A stretch of DNA of 64,000 bases from NCBI GenBank assembly GCA_951406725.2, contig OX597816.1, positions 75,206,001 through 75,270,000 of the forward strand. Reading direction: 5' to 3'. A program made the translations under genes and the position numbers. Position 1 is the first letter of the stretch. Each line of letters opens with the position of its first letter. Source of the DNA: Octopus vulgaris (lineage: Eukaryota). Shown here one piece after another: positions 24,351 through 35,831 of the stretch. The notes under the pieces are model-generated. The model made no database searches, had not been told where the DNA came from, and saw only the letters and a list, made by a program, of their open reading frames with translations.

Positions 24351-25575
24351 AGTGACCACTGATTCCCCCTTAACCATACCGTAACAATTAGTGACCCCGT
24401 CTAAAAACAATTGCTACCTTCTAATGCGATATAACTACAAATTATAACTACTCGAGGGTGTTTTGGAACAAGTCATCCATATTTGCAGTCTGGGAAAGCC
24501 TGCATGTTTTATAGCCACTGACCCAATCTCTCAGACAAATTAAAAAAAGAAAGGAAACATCCAAAAAACATACTGGTGTATTTCCATACTGATGAAGACG
24601 TGACCTTCATGCACTGTCTTGGGATCATTTTGATCTGTCTCCAAGCTATATTTCTATAGTGGGATTTTATTTCAAGTCATCTTTTGACAATTATTCTAAA
24701 TGAATTTATGTAAGCATGCCCTTTCAAAGAATTATGAAAAGAATTGTTTAGAAATGTCTTTGTAATGCTTTAATTTAATAAAATTGCAAGCCTCAAAACA
24801 TATTTGAACATTAATAGAGATCTCAAAAGCTGTTTGGGACTCAGCTGAGGAAGAAAATGCTGAAATAGAAAAATATTTTAAATGGAACAACATGATATAC
24901 CTTCTTGAACATGAGCTCCAACAGCAATTGCTTGAAATAAAAAAATTGAGGATGGAGTTAATAGAAAACTACCAGACTGTCTTGATAGACAATACTTCCT
25001 GATAATGTGCATAGAAGAATTAACTTGTCAGGAACCATTCTCAAGAAACTGTCACCAACATAGTGCTCCAAAGACTATTGCCAATAGCATTCCAAAGACT
25101 ATTTGAATATATACAGTCAATAGATTTATTTGCTTCCAGTGAGAAATGAGAAAAGTGTTTTGTTTAAGGTCTGATATCTGAGACACAGTAAGGGAAGGTA
25201 GAGAGACATAGGAGCTAGCATACAGGAGGTATACAACTAGCTAAAGACTAGGTTTGCAGCTATATAATGAAGCAAGCTAAATTGGATAGAGATGGCTAAA
25301 ACAGCGACTTAAGTAGATTATAATATTCAGTTTGGTTCCTCAACATACTAATATGAACTTTGCTGTAACTGAAATTGCTTTGTATTATTTTAAAATATTT
25401 AAAATAAGTGTCTGTAGTGAACCAATGTTAATTTAATCAAGTTTACCCATCTATACATATAAATTTGACATAGGTGATTCTTTCTTGCCTTGGGATTCAC
25501 GGTCAAATGGCTGGGTGGAATTGCGCGAAAAATTACCCATATGTAGAATGATCCGGTGGTGTTGCTGGGCTTTGT

Positions 25576-25746
25576 ATTTTTTCATAGCTCCCATGGTTAC
25601 CTAGATAATCTACTATAATAATACTCCTGTGTTTATGAATGAGAAAGGAAGGGGTGATGTCATATTTTTTCATAGCTCCCATGGTTACTGAGATAATCTA
25701 CTATAGTAATACTCTTGTGTTTATGAATGAGAAAGGAAGGGGTGAT
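25576..25746. repeat. 88-bp tandem duplication (2 copies)
   Basis: atttttcatagctcccatggttac...gaaaggaaggggtgat repeated, with catagctc at 25583 and 25671. Confidence 0.9.
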
Positions 25747-27389
25747 ACATGAATAAGGAAGGAAGGGGTGGTGTCATACTTGGTAGTGGGATGATGAAAA
25801 TTGTACGCTGAAAAAATAAATCAAACAGTGTTTCAACTCTGTGTGAATATATGTGTGTGTATGTAAAAGCGGGGTATGTGAGTGTGTATGTGTGTGTGCA
25901 AATGTGTGTGTGCGTGTGCACATACAATGGAAGTAGGATGGTTTATCTTTGTTCGCTTAGTATTTGGGTTTATTTTTTGATTTGGTTGAATCTTGGTTGG
26001 GGTTTTTTTTTGTTGGTCAGTTATTTTTAGCATTTTGACAGAAAAAAGTCATTCTGCATGCCTAGACAAGTTGAATGCTTATACAGAGCAGGTTTTACAG
26101 CCACATCATCCAAACCAACTGGGTGAAACCGGACTTAGCTGCTAGTTTCCTATAAATACTACATATGTAAGTCTGTTGATTATCACACTGTAGAATGTTA
26201 ACTATAAATTGTCAAATAGCTGAGTGTCAGGCTGCAGAATCCTAGAGTATGCAGTGTCATACAGTAGACTGCTAGACAGTAGCATGTTTACTGTAATATC
26301 TATCACTACCTCTCTATTGTCATATTCATATTCATTCACCTGTCTTTTGTCACACTCACCGCCATTTTCTAACCATGCCTGGGACTACCTATATACTATC
26401 ACATCTAGTATCACCAATCTACTCCACAATCTACTACCAACTCTCTCAATACATCTATCACCATGTAGATGTTCACTGTAGTTTTGAAAAGGTGGTGGAA
26501 GTTAAAATTATTGCAAGATTTAAACTCATGGGACCTCTGGATCAATAGGTATTAGAGTCCCTACGATTTTGCTAATTCAAAGCATAAGATAATAAAGAGG
26601 GCTCTAATGAATCTGGAGCCCCTAAAAAGTTTAAAGAGACCCCCAAAAACTTAAAAGAGCCTTGTAGGTTTAGAAGGGTTTAAAGGCTTTTTTGAGTTTA
26701 AAAAGACCCATTAAATCAAAGAAAGCTCAAAAATTCCAAAAGAATTATATTGGATTAAAAAATATTTAAACAAGTAAAAAAATTACGAATTATTTATGTG
26801 TTTGTTGTATATATATTTTTTAGCTTCATGCTTTAGGCTTCTTCAAACTAGCAGGGCTCACACATGAATCCAGCCCTGATGGTACTTCTCATATGAACAC
26901 ACAGAATTCCTCTAATGGTCTAAGGGTACTGTAAACCCTCTTTCTCCGACAAAGGAAATTTTGAAGTCAAATCAGTTTCAGAAGCAGTTTGAGGATATAT
27001 GAATTGCAAGTTCTTCACTTGTGATCTAAAAACAACTTGATCTAAAATCATGGTCTTGTGGCACTAGTATCAATGTAATGTTGTATAATGTAAGAATAAC
27101 TTAGTCTAAACTCACAAACTGTCATCAATTACAAGTAAATTATGCTTTGTCCTATGTGATGTTTGGAGGAGCCGTGTTGATAACTATTAAATTCTTGACT
27201 TTGTTGGCATCCCATCTGTTGAGTGAGAGCACATATGGCTTTCTCTCTATCTCATCCTTGCAATCAGTAATGCAACAAGTAACTTGGGTGGCTTCTGTTG
27301 ATAAACAAAAATTCTTAACCTTCTGTCTAGTTTCAAATGAAAGCTATATACATAAAAATGAAAAAGCTTTGAGATAAGCCATATTATAA

Positions 27390-27745
27390 TAATCCTTTCT
27401 ACTAAAGACACAAGGCCTGAAATTTGGTGGGAGGAGTACAATTGATTACATTGCACCCAGTGTTCAACTGGTACTTTATTTCATCAACCCTGAACGAACA
27501 AAAGGCTAAGTGGACTTCAGTGGATTTTGAACTCAGAATGTAGCAATGAGTGAAATACCTATTTATTTACTACCCACAAGGGACTAAACACAGAGAGGAC
27601 AAACAAGGACAGACAAACGGATTAAGTCGATTATATCGACTCCAGTGCGTAACTGGTACTTATTTAATCGAACCCGAAAGGATGAAAGGCAAAGTCAACC
27701 TCGGTGGAATTTGAACTCAGAACGTAGCGGCATACGAAATACGTA
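27390..27745 (-). mobile_element. Two tandem Meta-domain-like SINEs with different 3' tails
   Basis: The first has the ggcacaaggcctga tail. The second has the actacccacaagg..ctaaacacagagaggacaaacaaggacagacaaa tail, also seen at 47428-47572. Confidence 0.75.
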
Positions 27746-28883
27746 TGGTTTTTAAGGCTGGGTGCCCTTCTTAACAGCTCCAAGGAGGTCACCAAGCAAC
27801 TAGCAAGACAAAGATGCCTCAAGAGGTAAGTATGGTATTGGTGATGCCAGGTGATAAGAGGTTAGAGTATAAGAGAAGAACAGAAATGGGTGTCTTGCTG
27901 AGGAGATACATAGTTACCCCGGCTGGAAAGGAGAAAAAAAAAGAGAGAGAGAGAGCAAAAGTAAGAGAGATAGTGGCAATGTGCCAGGGCATACTTTCAA
28001 GGTAGAAGGTGAATATAAATGGAATGGTAGAATAGTGCTCCACAACTCTTTTTCACTTGCGGCACACTTATATTCTTATCGAAATTCAGTGGCACACCTG
28101 AACTAAAAGTATAGGAGGGAAAATTATATTCAGGTTACACTGCAGCGCACCTAGCATCATCTCATGGTACACCAGTGTACTGTGGCATACCAGTTCTGGA
28201 GCACTGTGGTACAGGACTGCCCAGGGTGCATGAGTAGAGAGTTCACAAAAGTGTGAAAAGAGGAGAGAAGGGTGGGAAAGGGTGGAATGCAAGTGGGTGG
28301 TGAAACATGGATATATGGGAGGGCAACAGGATAGCAATGATACTGTTGGTTGTGAGGAGGACAGGATTACCTGCTGGATTGGGGAGATGATGATATGTAA
28401 CAGTAGAGAGATGGTGATATTTTTGCCAATAGAGAAATGATGTGATAGATGTGACAACAGAGAGATGATTCTGGATATCATAATGAGGGGTGAGTGAGAG
28501 AATAGAGAAGACGTGGTATATGTGACAACCAAATATCCATGTAACAGTAAGGAGATGGTTCTAGATGTAACGGTAGAGAAGAGGTGAGAAATGAGAGTAG
28601 GTGGTAGTAGAATGCATGGAACCTTCGGCTAGTGTTTTCTACTATAGATTCAGGTCGACCAAAGCCTTGCGAGTTGATTTGGGAAAGACTTGCCCCCCTC
28701 CCCCATTTTCTCCCAAATTTGTTTATTTTTGTAATTTTTTTTTTCTTTTTTGTCAAAAACCCCTGTTTTCGGATACGGGGCTTCCGGAAAATTGCCAAAA
28801 ATCGGCATTGTTAAATCCCCCCAAATTCTTCAATTTTAACTTTTTTCCCCAACACTAACCCTAATCCTAACTACAGAACTCTT

Positions 28884-29299
28884 TCTCTTTTACTCTTTTA
28901 CTCTTTTACTTGTTTCAGTTATTTGACTGCGGCCATGCTGGAGCACCGCCTTTAGTCGAGCAAATCGACCCCGGGACTTATTCTTTGTAAGCCCAGTGCT
29001 TATTCTATTGGTCTCTTTTTGCCGAACTGCTAAGTGACGGGGACGTAAACACACCAGCATCGGTTGTCAAGCAATGCTTGGGAGACAAACACAGACACAC
29101 AAACACATACACACACATATATATATACATATATACGACAGGCTTCTTTCAGTTTCCGTCTACCAAATCCACTCACAAGGCATTGGTCGGCCCGGGGCTA
29201 TAGTAGAAGACACTTGCCCAAGGTGCCACGCAGTGAGACTGAACCCGGAACCATGTGGTTGGTTAGCAAGCTACTTACCACACAGCCACTCCTGCGCCT
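28884..29299 (-). mobile_element. Full-length tRNA-derived CORE-like SINE (Octopus OR-like)
   Basis: Head aggcgcaggagtggctgtgtggtaag...ggttcagtc, core cttgggcaagtgtcttctactatagc, internal (TA)/(TG) tract and (AAAAGAGT)n tail. Partial copies at about 13970, 17540, 44630, 46655, 54440 and 55115. Confidence 0.85.
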
Positions 29300-29318
29300 G
29301 TTTTGAAATTTTTGTCCG

Positions 29319-29473
29319 ATTATTTACATTATTTATATTTGATGGATATATGTCCTCATCTTGTTTGTTGTTAACACAATGTTTCTGGTGGTATACCCTC
29401 CAGCCTTCATCGGGTGCCTTGGGGAAATTTCGAACCTGGGTTCTCATTCCTATGGTATTTTTCGATGTTGTTG

Positions 29474-29520
<47 letters not shown>

Positions 29521-29847
29521 CAGGTCACTGCCTGGAATTGAACTTGGAATCTTGGGGTTAGTAGCCCGCGCTCTTAACCACTACGCCATATGCCCGTGGG
29601 CATATGGCATAGTGGTTAAGAGCGTGGGCTACTAACCCCAAGATTCTGAGTTCGATTACAAGCAGTGACTTGAATAATAATAAGGAGAAGAAGAAGAATA
29701 CCAACAACAACATCGAAAAATACCTCAAGAATGAGAACCCAGGTTCAAAATTTCCCCCGATGAAGGCTGGAGGGTATATAGCCAAAATGTGTTAACAACA
29801 AACAAGATGAGGACAAATATCCATCAAATGTAAATAATGTACATAAT
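29319..29847. mobile_element. Palindromic head-to-head element: tRNA-like heads with Penelope-type hammerhead-like tails
   Basis: Inverted arms of about 250-280 bp centred on gccatatgccc-gt-gggcatatggc (29596-29597). Confidence 0.85.
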
Positions 29848-30999
29848 TCCTCATCTCTTAAATATAGAACTGTATTTTTGTCTGAATCATAATGTCCGTA
29901 TTTTTCTGCATATTTAGAAAAATATTCTTTAAAAAAAATTTTACAAAAATTTTGGAAACTTTTTTCAGAATCGTAATCTCTGTATTTTTCCACATTTTTT
30001 TGGAGGGTGGGTGGGTGGGTGGGTGGGGGTCTGAAAAAGGTGAAAAAAAAATTAAGGAAATTGGGGTTGGGGGGATTTAAAACTGCCGATTTTTGCCAAT
30101 TTTTTTTGCAGATTCATATTCCCCATAGCCAAAAAGGGGGGTTTGTTTTGAAAGAAAAAATTTTTTTAATGGGTGTTTTTTTTTTGTGGGGACAGGCGGA
30201 AGTCTTGCCTTGATTCGGTACATGAAAACTGAAATAAGCCTGTTGTATATGTACATTCATAATATATATATATATATATATATATAAAACTGTACAAACA
30301 ATTTACGTATTTATACACAAATGAGGTGACCTTTAACAGGACACCTTACATGCTAGAAAGGGCATATATGTATACTTTCATTTACTCATTCTTTTATATA
30401 TGTGTGTGTCTTTGTGTCTATGTTTGTCCCCACCCCTGCTTGACCACAGTGTTGGGGTGTTTACGTCCCTGTGACTTAGCAGTTCAGCAAAATTACCAAC
30501 AGAATAAGTATCAGGGAAAATACTCTTCTAAGGACAGACAGCGGTTCCTGACTTTCAGTTGAAAGAAAGTATTTGACAAAGTAAAACACACTCAGTAATT
30601 TGGTGATCACTGAGGAAACTAGATATAGACGAATGACTTGTGAAGGCTGTTCAGTCCTCAGTCTTCTCCAGTTCATTATAGTCTTATAGTCCATCGAAGG
30701 TGCATGCCTTAGTGTTTAGGGTATTTGGTTCATGATCATAAGGGTGTGAGTTCAATTTTCTAGTAGTGTGTTGTGTCCTTGGGCAAGATACTTTATTTCA
30801 TGTTGCTTCAGTTGACTCAGCTGACAGAAATGAGTAGTATATGGATTTCAAAGGGCATTTTGTATCACGCTGAATCTCCTTGAGAACCACATTAAAGGAC
30901 ACATGTCTGTGGAGTACTCAGCCGCTTGCATGTTAATTTTACAAGCAGGTTGTTCCATTAATCAGATTAACTGAATCAACAGTCCATCACAGAGGAGAT

Positions 31000-33370
31000 T
31001 AGGACAGGCTATCCATGGGAACCCTTATACGCCGATGGTTTAGTTCCCATAGCTGAATCTAGAGGAATTAGAGAGTAAATTCCAAGCATATATTTACTTC
31101 TCTTAACATTTTAGAGAATAAACTGTAAAAAGAAAATAAATAAAACACACACATAAACTGTCGATTATTTCTTATCTCCAAAACTACATCCTAACAAATA
31201 ACCACCATCATTTTTATTTTCCCAGAGTTAATTTAGGGCTAAATTGACCTCAAGAAACTACGATTCTGACTCTGATCCTCAATTACAGAATCTAAGTGTT
31301 AACTCCTATCCTATAACTTCGTTTTATTACTTATTTTATAAACCTTATTTATCACTCTAGTACCATCCTTCTCTAAAACGAAAAGGATTCTCTCTTCCAA
31401 TTCCACTCACCCTAACAATGAACAAAACTTCAAAGGGTACTTTACTCATAGTAAGAATTAAAGAACATCTCTAAACTTGCCTTTTTAAAATTTTTTTCAC
31501 ATAAATATCAATACAATACAAGTGCTAACTAGATGCCTGATTACTTTCATAAACTCCTTTTCCTGTACAGATTAACTCAAAATAAGATTTTACTAACCAT
31601 TTCTCTTCACAAACTATCACTAAACCTATTCCCACCCTTCAAATGACACCCTCAAGCTAGACACTTTATTAATCCTTAATTTTTCACCTGATCCCACTTA
31701 TCTCCTATGGAGATATTAAATCCTTTACACCTTATACCCTTATATAGCTAAATGGACATGTATAAATCTTGGTAGATATGCAGTCTTACACAACCTCTTT
31801 TCCAATCCTTCTCCTTTATCTTAGTTGTCTGACTACCAAGCTTAAAATGTCTATCTCCATCAAGGTCCTTGTACATTCATTAATCAACCTAAATGCATTG
31901 AAATTAATTACCAGAGTGTTTTAATATAGAGCCTCATACACCACTTGTAATCTTACAATTCTGTTATTAATTTACTACAAACTTCTGATAATTATACTAA
32001 ACTCAGTTATCATACTAATTAGAACATTTCACCTTTCTCTAATCAAATATTCCTACTATAATTCATAAGATAAAAAATATACATATGCCTCCTTTGAGCT
32101 ACATGCTATAGTATTCATAGTAGTTTTAATCAACCACATCTGTTATAAGAAATACCATAATTCTTATTGACCTACCATCCTGTTTGAATCTCTTTTGAAT
32201 AATTAACACTTCTATTTGTATTTTGCCTGTTCATTCTATATTTTGAGACCACAAAGGAGTAAGAATGTTTCCTCTTCACATCATCTGCAAAATGACACTG
32301 GATAAGTGAAACCAGTTTCAAGGAGATGGTTGTGAACAGTCAATCAAATAAGAAAGAGGAGCCAGTCAAACTGTTGATACTTTTATAGACTATGGCCTAT
32401 ACCTTGCTCCTTATGTATGTGTCATGCAGTACTAGGTTTTGGCTTAAGAGAGAAACACTTTATTGATTTTTAACCCAGTTACTGCAGACTTGTTATTAAA
32501 GGTCTTCCTCAATAGTTTTTCTGTTAATTGATCCAGATTTAGTGTATCCAAAATGTCTTTTAGGTTTAGGCTACTTAATAAAATCTTTTGTTGCCAACAA
32601 AGAAAGACAACATCTCTTTGGCCAAGGGAGCCTCTACAGTGTCACTTGATCTGTTAGAAATACCTACCAAATTTCTCTCCAGTCTTACCGTAAGTCTTAG
32701 AAAAAAAGATAGTATATTGGTTAATAGAGACATATCTGAAAGAAAAAAGAAGGAAAGTCATGGATGGAATTTTTCAAATCGTGGGTCAGAGCTGATCTAA
32801 ACAACATTTCTCTCTAAAATACTTCAACTCCTACTTTACCTTAGCTACCTACTTTTGCTATAATCACATGAACTGGTCAGTCTACATTACTCTGTAGGAG
32901 CAGAGGGCTGGTTTCCTGGCATGTATATTCGTCCCTGGACAGGACACCAGTCTGTTACAGGATTACTCATTTTTATCAGCTGAATGAACTGGAGTAATGT
33001 GAAATGAAGTGCTTTCCTCAAGAATCCAATACATTGCCTGGTCCAGAAATTGAAACCACAAACTTATGATCCAACACCCTAACCACTATGCCATGCACCT
33101 CTGAACTCGGTAACAATAACTATCTGCTACACCTACCTAAACAACTCATCAGACACTGAACTCCATTTCATGAATGTTCCTACTGTAGTATATCCTCATG
33201 CATCTAGCTTAGCAAAAGTCCTAACCTGGTAAATTACTAGATTCACAAACTGACTTGCTGTGCAAGGCCATAAATTGGAGGGTCAACTTTAGAAATGAGC
33301 AAGTATCTCCATTGTGCCAAATTTGTATTGGATTTGACAAAACTATTGCTCATATTTATGAATGAATGTC
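31000..33370. mobile_element. Heavily decayed Penelope-like or other retroelement remnants
   Basis: C/T-rich decayed coding-like sequence ending near a degenerate tgac-act..agt-GAAACCAGTT motif at about 32290-32318. No intact ORF. Family assignment tentative. Confidence 0.3.
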
Positions 33371-33377
33371 TTCCACT

Positions 33378-33800
33378 CAGGGCCGGATTAAGACCTATAG
33401 AGGCCCTAATAACTGAGAAGGTTTTGGTACCCTCATATTTAGATGGTTCAAAATGTAAAATGTAATAACCCATCAAGTAAATTTTTATTTTTCAAAATGA
33501 AACAAAATTAATAGTAAGATAGAAAATAATGTTTGTTTTTTTATGCTTCCACTTTATTTATATTTGAAGTTTTCTCCTTTGTTTTTTTTTAATTACAAAG
33601 TCTTCAATAATATTGTTAAAATTAATTTTATGTAAAATTTCTGCTTCTATACTTAGTAGAGATAAGGTATTACAAATATTATTTTAGCAAGTTTAAAGTG
33701 ATTTCTTTCGTGTCATAAACCATTTTCATTTCTGTGATGCCCCCAACCCCTTGATGCCCTAAGCATGTGCTTATTTTGTTTAATGGCTAATCCAGCACTG
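33378..33800. mobile_element. hAT-type MITE
   Basis: TIRs cagggccggatta / taatccagcactg. Perfect 8-bp TSD cttccact (33370-33377 and 33801-33808). A related right end occurs at about 54645-54697. Confidence 0.85.
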
Positions 33801-33809
33801 CTTCCACTT

Positions 33810-34540
33810 GATGTCTTGCAAACAATTTGCACATGCAAGTGCTACCAGTCAAAAGCTCCGTATACCGGAAGCCAGCAAGTGTATGGGGTCATCAGGAGAG
33901 AATGTGCACTGTTTCGGGGCCTACCTCTCGATGGCATCAATGCGCACCAGCCCCCCTCACTGATATGAGGCCCCGCTTGCTAGATCAGCTGGTTATAAAG
34001 TTAAACTCAATATCCTTCTAGCCATCGCTCATCATCTCTTTTTAACCAAATCCAGTGGCTAGCCTTCTCCACTGTAGATTGGATATCAGCCATGGTGGTA
34101 TTGACTTTACGATGAGTTAGGCCTAGCAATAACAACAGTCGTCTCATGCTGTGTCCAACCAACAAACCCTCTACATCCGACTTCAATAGGAAAATGTTCC
34201 GCTTTCCAGCCTGCGTCTTCACATTCCTCGGGGAGGTTTACATAACGGTTCAATTTTCGAGCCTGAGCAGCGTCCATATTATCTTCATGAGGAACCGTTA
34301 GCTCGACTATATTTACAACTTTCTTTCTTTCACACCACATCAAAATATCTGGTTTTTTCGTAACTGGAATAGGAAAGAAAACCTGGCACCCAGGTAAATC
34401 TGCAGTTACCTCCCAATAGCCGTTCCACTTTTCATTTCTCTCAGGAAATTTCTTGATCTTCTTGAAACGGATCCGCTGACCTGGTCGCACGAAGGTAATG
34501 AAATCTCTTGATGGTACTTTCAACATAAGTTGTGGTGATG
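33810..34540 (-). mobile_element. 3' fragment of a Hero-like non-LTR retrotransposon (restriction-like endonuclease domain plus 3' UTR)
   Basis: KPDILMW..RKKVVNIVELTVPHEDNMDAAQARKLNRY..L..EC..AGWK...FPIEVGCRGFV, continuing after one frameshift as ..VEKASHWIWLKRDDERWLEGY*. This is a PD-(D/E)xK RLE signature typical of the Hero clade. Confidence 0.85.
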
Positions 34541-34559
34541 TCATGAAGTAGCAAAAGTT

Positions 34560-34885
34560 GAATAGGAAACTGAAAAGTTGGGGTTAGAGAGAGGCAAGGC
34601 ATGGTATGAACACAAACCACAGAGAGTGACTAAAGCAGAGTCTTGCAGAATTCTGTGGGGTTTGCCAATCCAAATGGACCAGGTGCTTGAGCATAACATG
34701 CTTGACCTAATGGTGGGTATGATAAATGACATGTGCTCTAAAACTGATTCTGTATGCCCATTTGACCCATGAATAGTTGAGAAGGAAAGCAAAAAAATAG
34801 ACAGATGCAATATATCTCATATATGAGATAACTCAACTATGGAAGAGGAAAAAGGTGAAGGTAATGTCAATTATTGTTGGGGTAA
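34560..34885 (+). mobile_element. R4/Dong-like RLE retrotransposon remnant
   Basis: WYEHKPQRVTKAESCRILWGLPIQMDQVLEHN.LDL...CPFD, a degenerate WY.H.P..V.E....ILWD..IQ.D....HN.PD motif. Confidence 0.7.
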
Positions 34886-35831
34886 TTATTTTAATAAAGA
34901 AATCTACCTGATGATGAACCATTTTTCATATGGCCCACTTCTCATAGAACGTTGCATATGCCTGCTTTACATGATCACTCAACTGCTAAAAATAGCAGCC
35001 GAATATCACTCAACTTATATCCTGTCATTTTATATGTAGTATGTTGTAGTCCTATGACACTGACAGTTAAAAAAGGGGAAAAAAACAAGCAAACAGGTTG
35101 GTTATGGTTTGAATGCCTTTAGTCACACGTCTGTTCAATTCAGGCTTGACCTGAGATTGAACGACAGCATTCAAAGTAATGAAATATTATGCAGAATTCA
35201 AGGCATGGTGTGAACCTCACGCCTCCTCTCCCACCACCTCCACAGGAAATTGAGGTGGTAACACTGATGTAATACTAGACTACTAAATAATTCAAAATGT
35301 CTGCATGTAGATATCACAGATAAAAAAAAAGACACTGGGCCATGAAATAGCTTCTTGTATTTAAATTCATTTGTGCATAAAAAAACATATTTTCTATGTG
35401 GCATTGTATGACATACAATACTAAAATCAACAGGCAAGCAATTCTCATAGCTAAAAAAATTAATATGTGACTACTGGTATAAAAATCTAATGATCAAAAT
35501 TTCACTGTGACAAACAAATCAACACAGGACTGCTGACATATGGAGCTAACAGTAAAAAAATCTTTTGTAGGGAGGTCTACGTGATTTCAACAAGTATATA
35601 AGAAACAGCACAAATGCAAATATATTCAATTCTTGGAAATGAGACTGAATGTCAGGAAAAGTTAAATAGTTTAAGAACTTTATAACTTAATGGCTCCAAA
35701 CACAGTAAAAAAGCTTAGAAGAAAATATGAAAAATCTAAAATAAAAAATACAAAACTTGAATACAGTTGTGTATTCAATGAAGTATGTGTGTGTGTGTGT
35801 ATGTGTGTTTGTGCATGCAAGCATGTGTATG

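Larger units (their letters stand above)
28682..30209. mobile_element. Non-autonomous DNA transposon with long imperfect TIRs and an 8-bp TSD, inserted in a SINE
   Basis: Ends ggaaagactt and aagtcttgcc. Internal inverted match aaaaatcggcattgttaaatccccc / gggggatttaaaactgccgatttt. TSD ttgatttg (28674-28681) / ttgattcg (30210-30217). The host SINE resumes exactly after the TSD. Confidence 0.72.

Noticed and set aside
29598-29670. Genuine tRNA gene (apparent ACT anticodon)
   Set aside because: The acceptor stem does not pair well and the sequence is embedded in a repeat. Treated as a tRNA-derived head.
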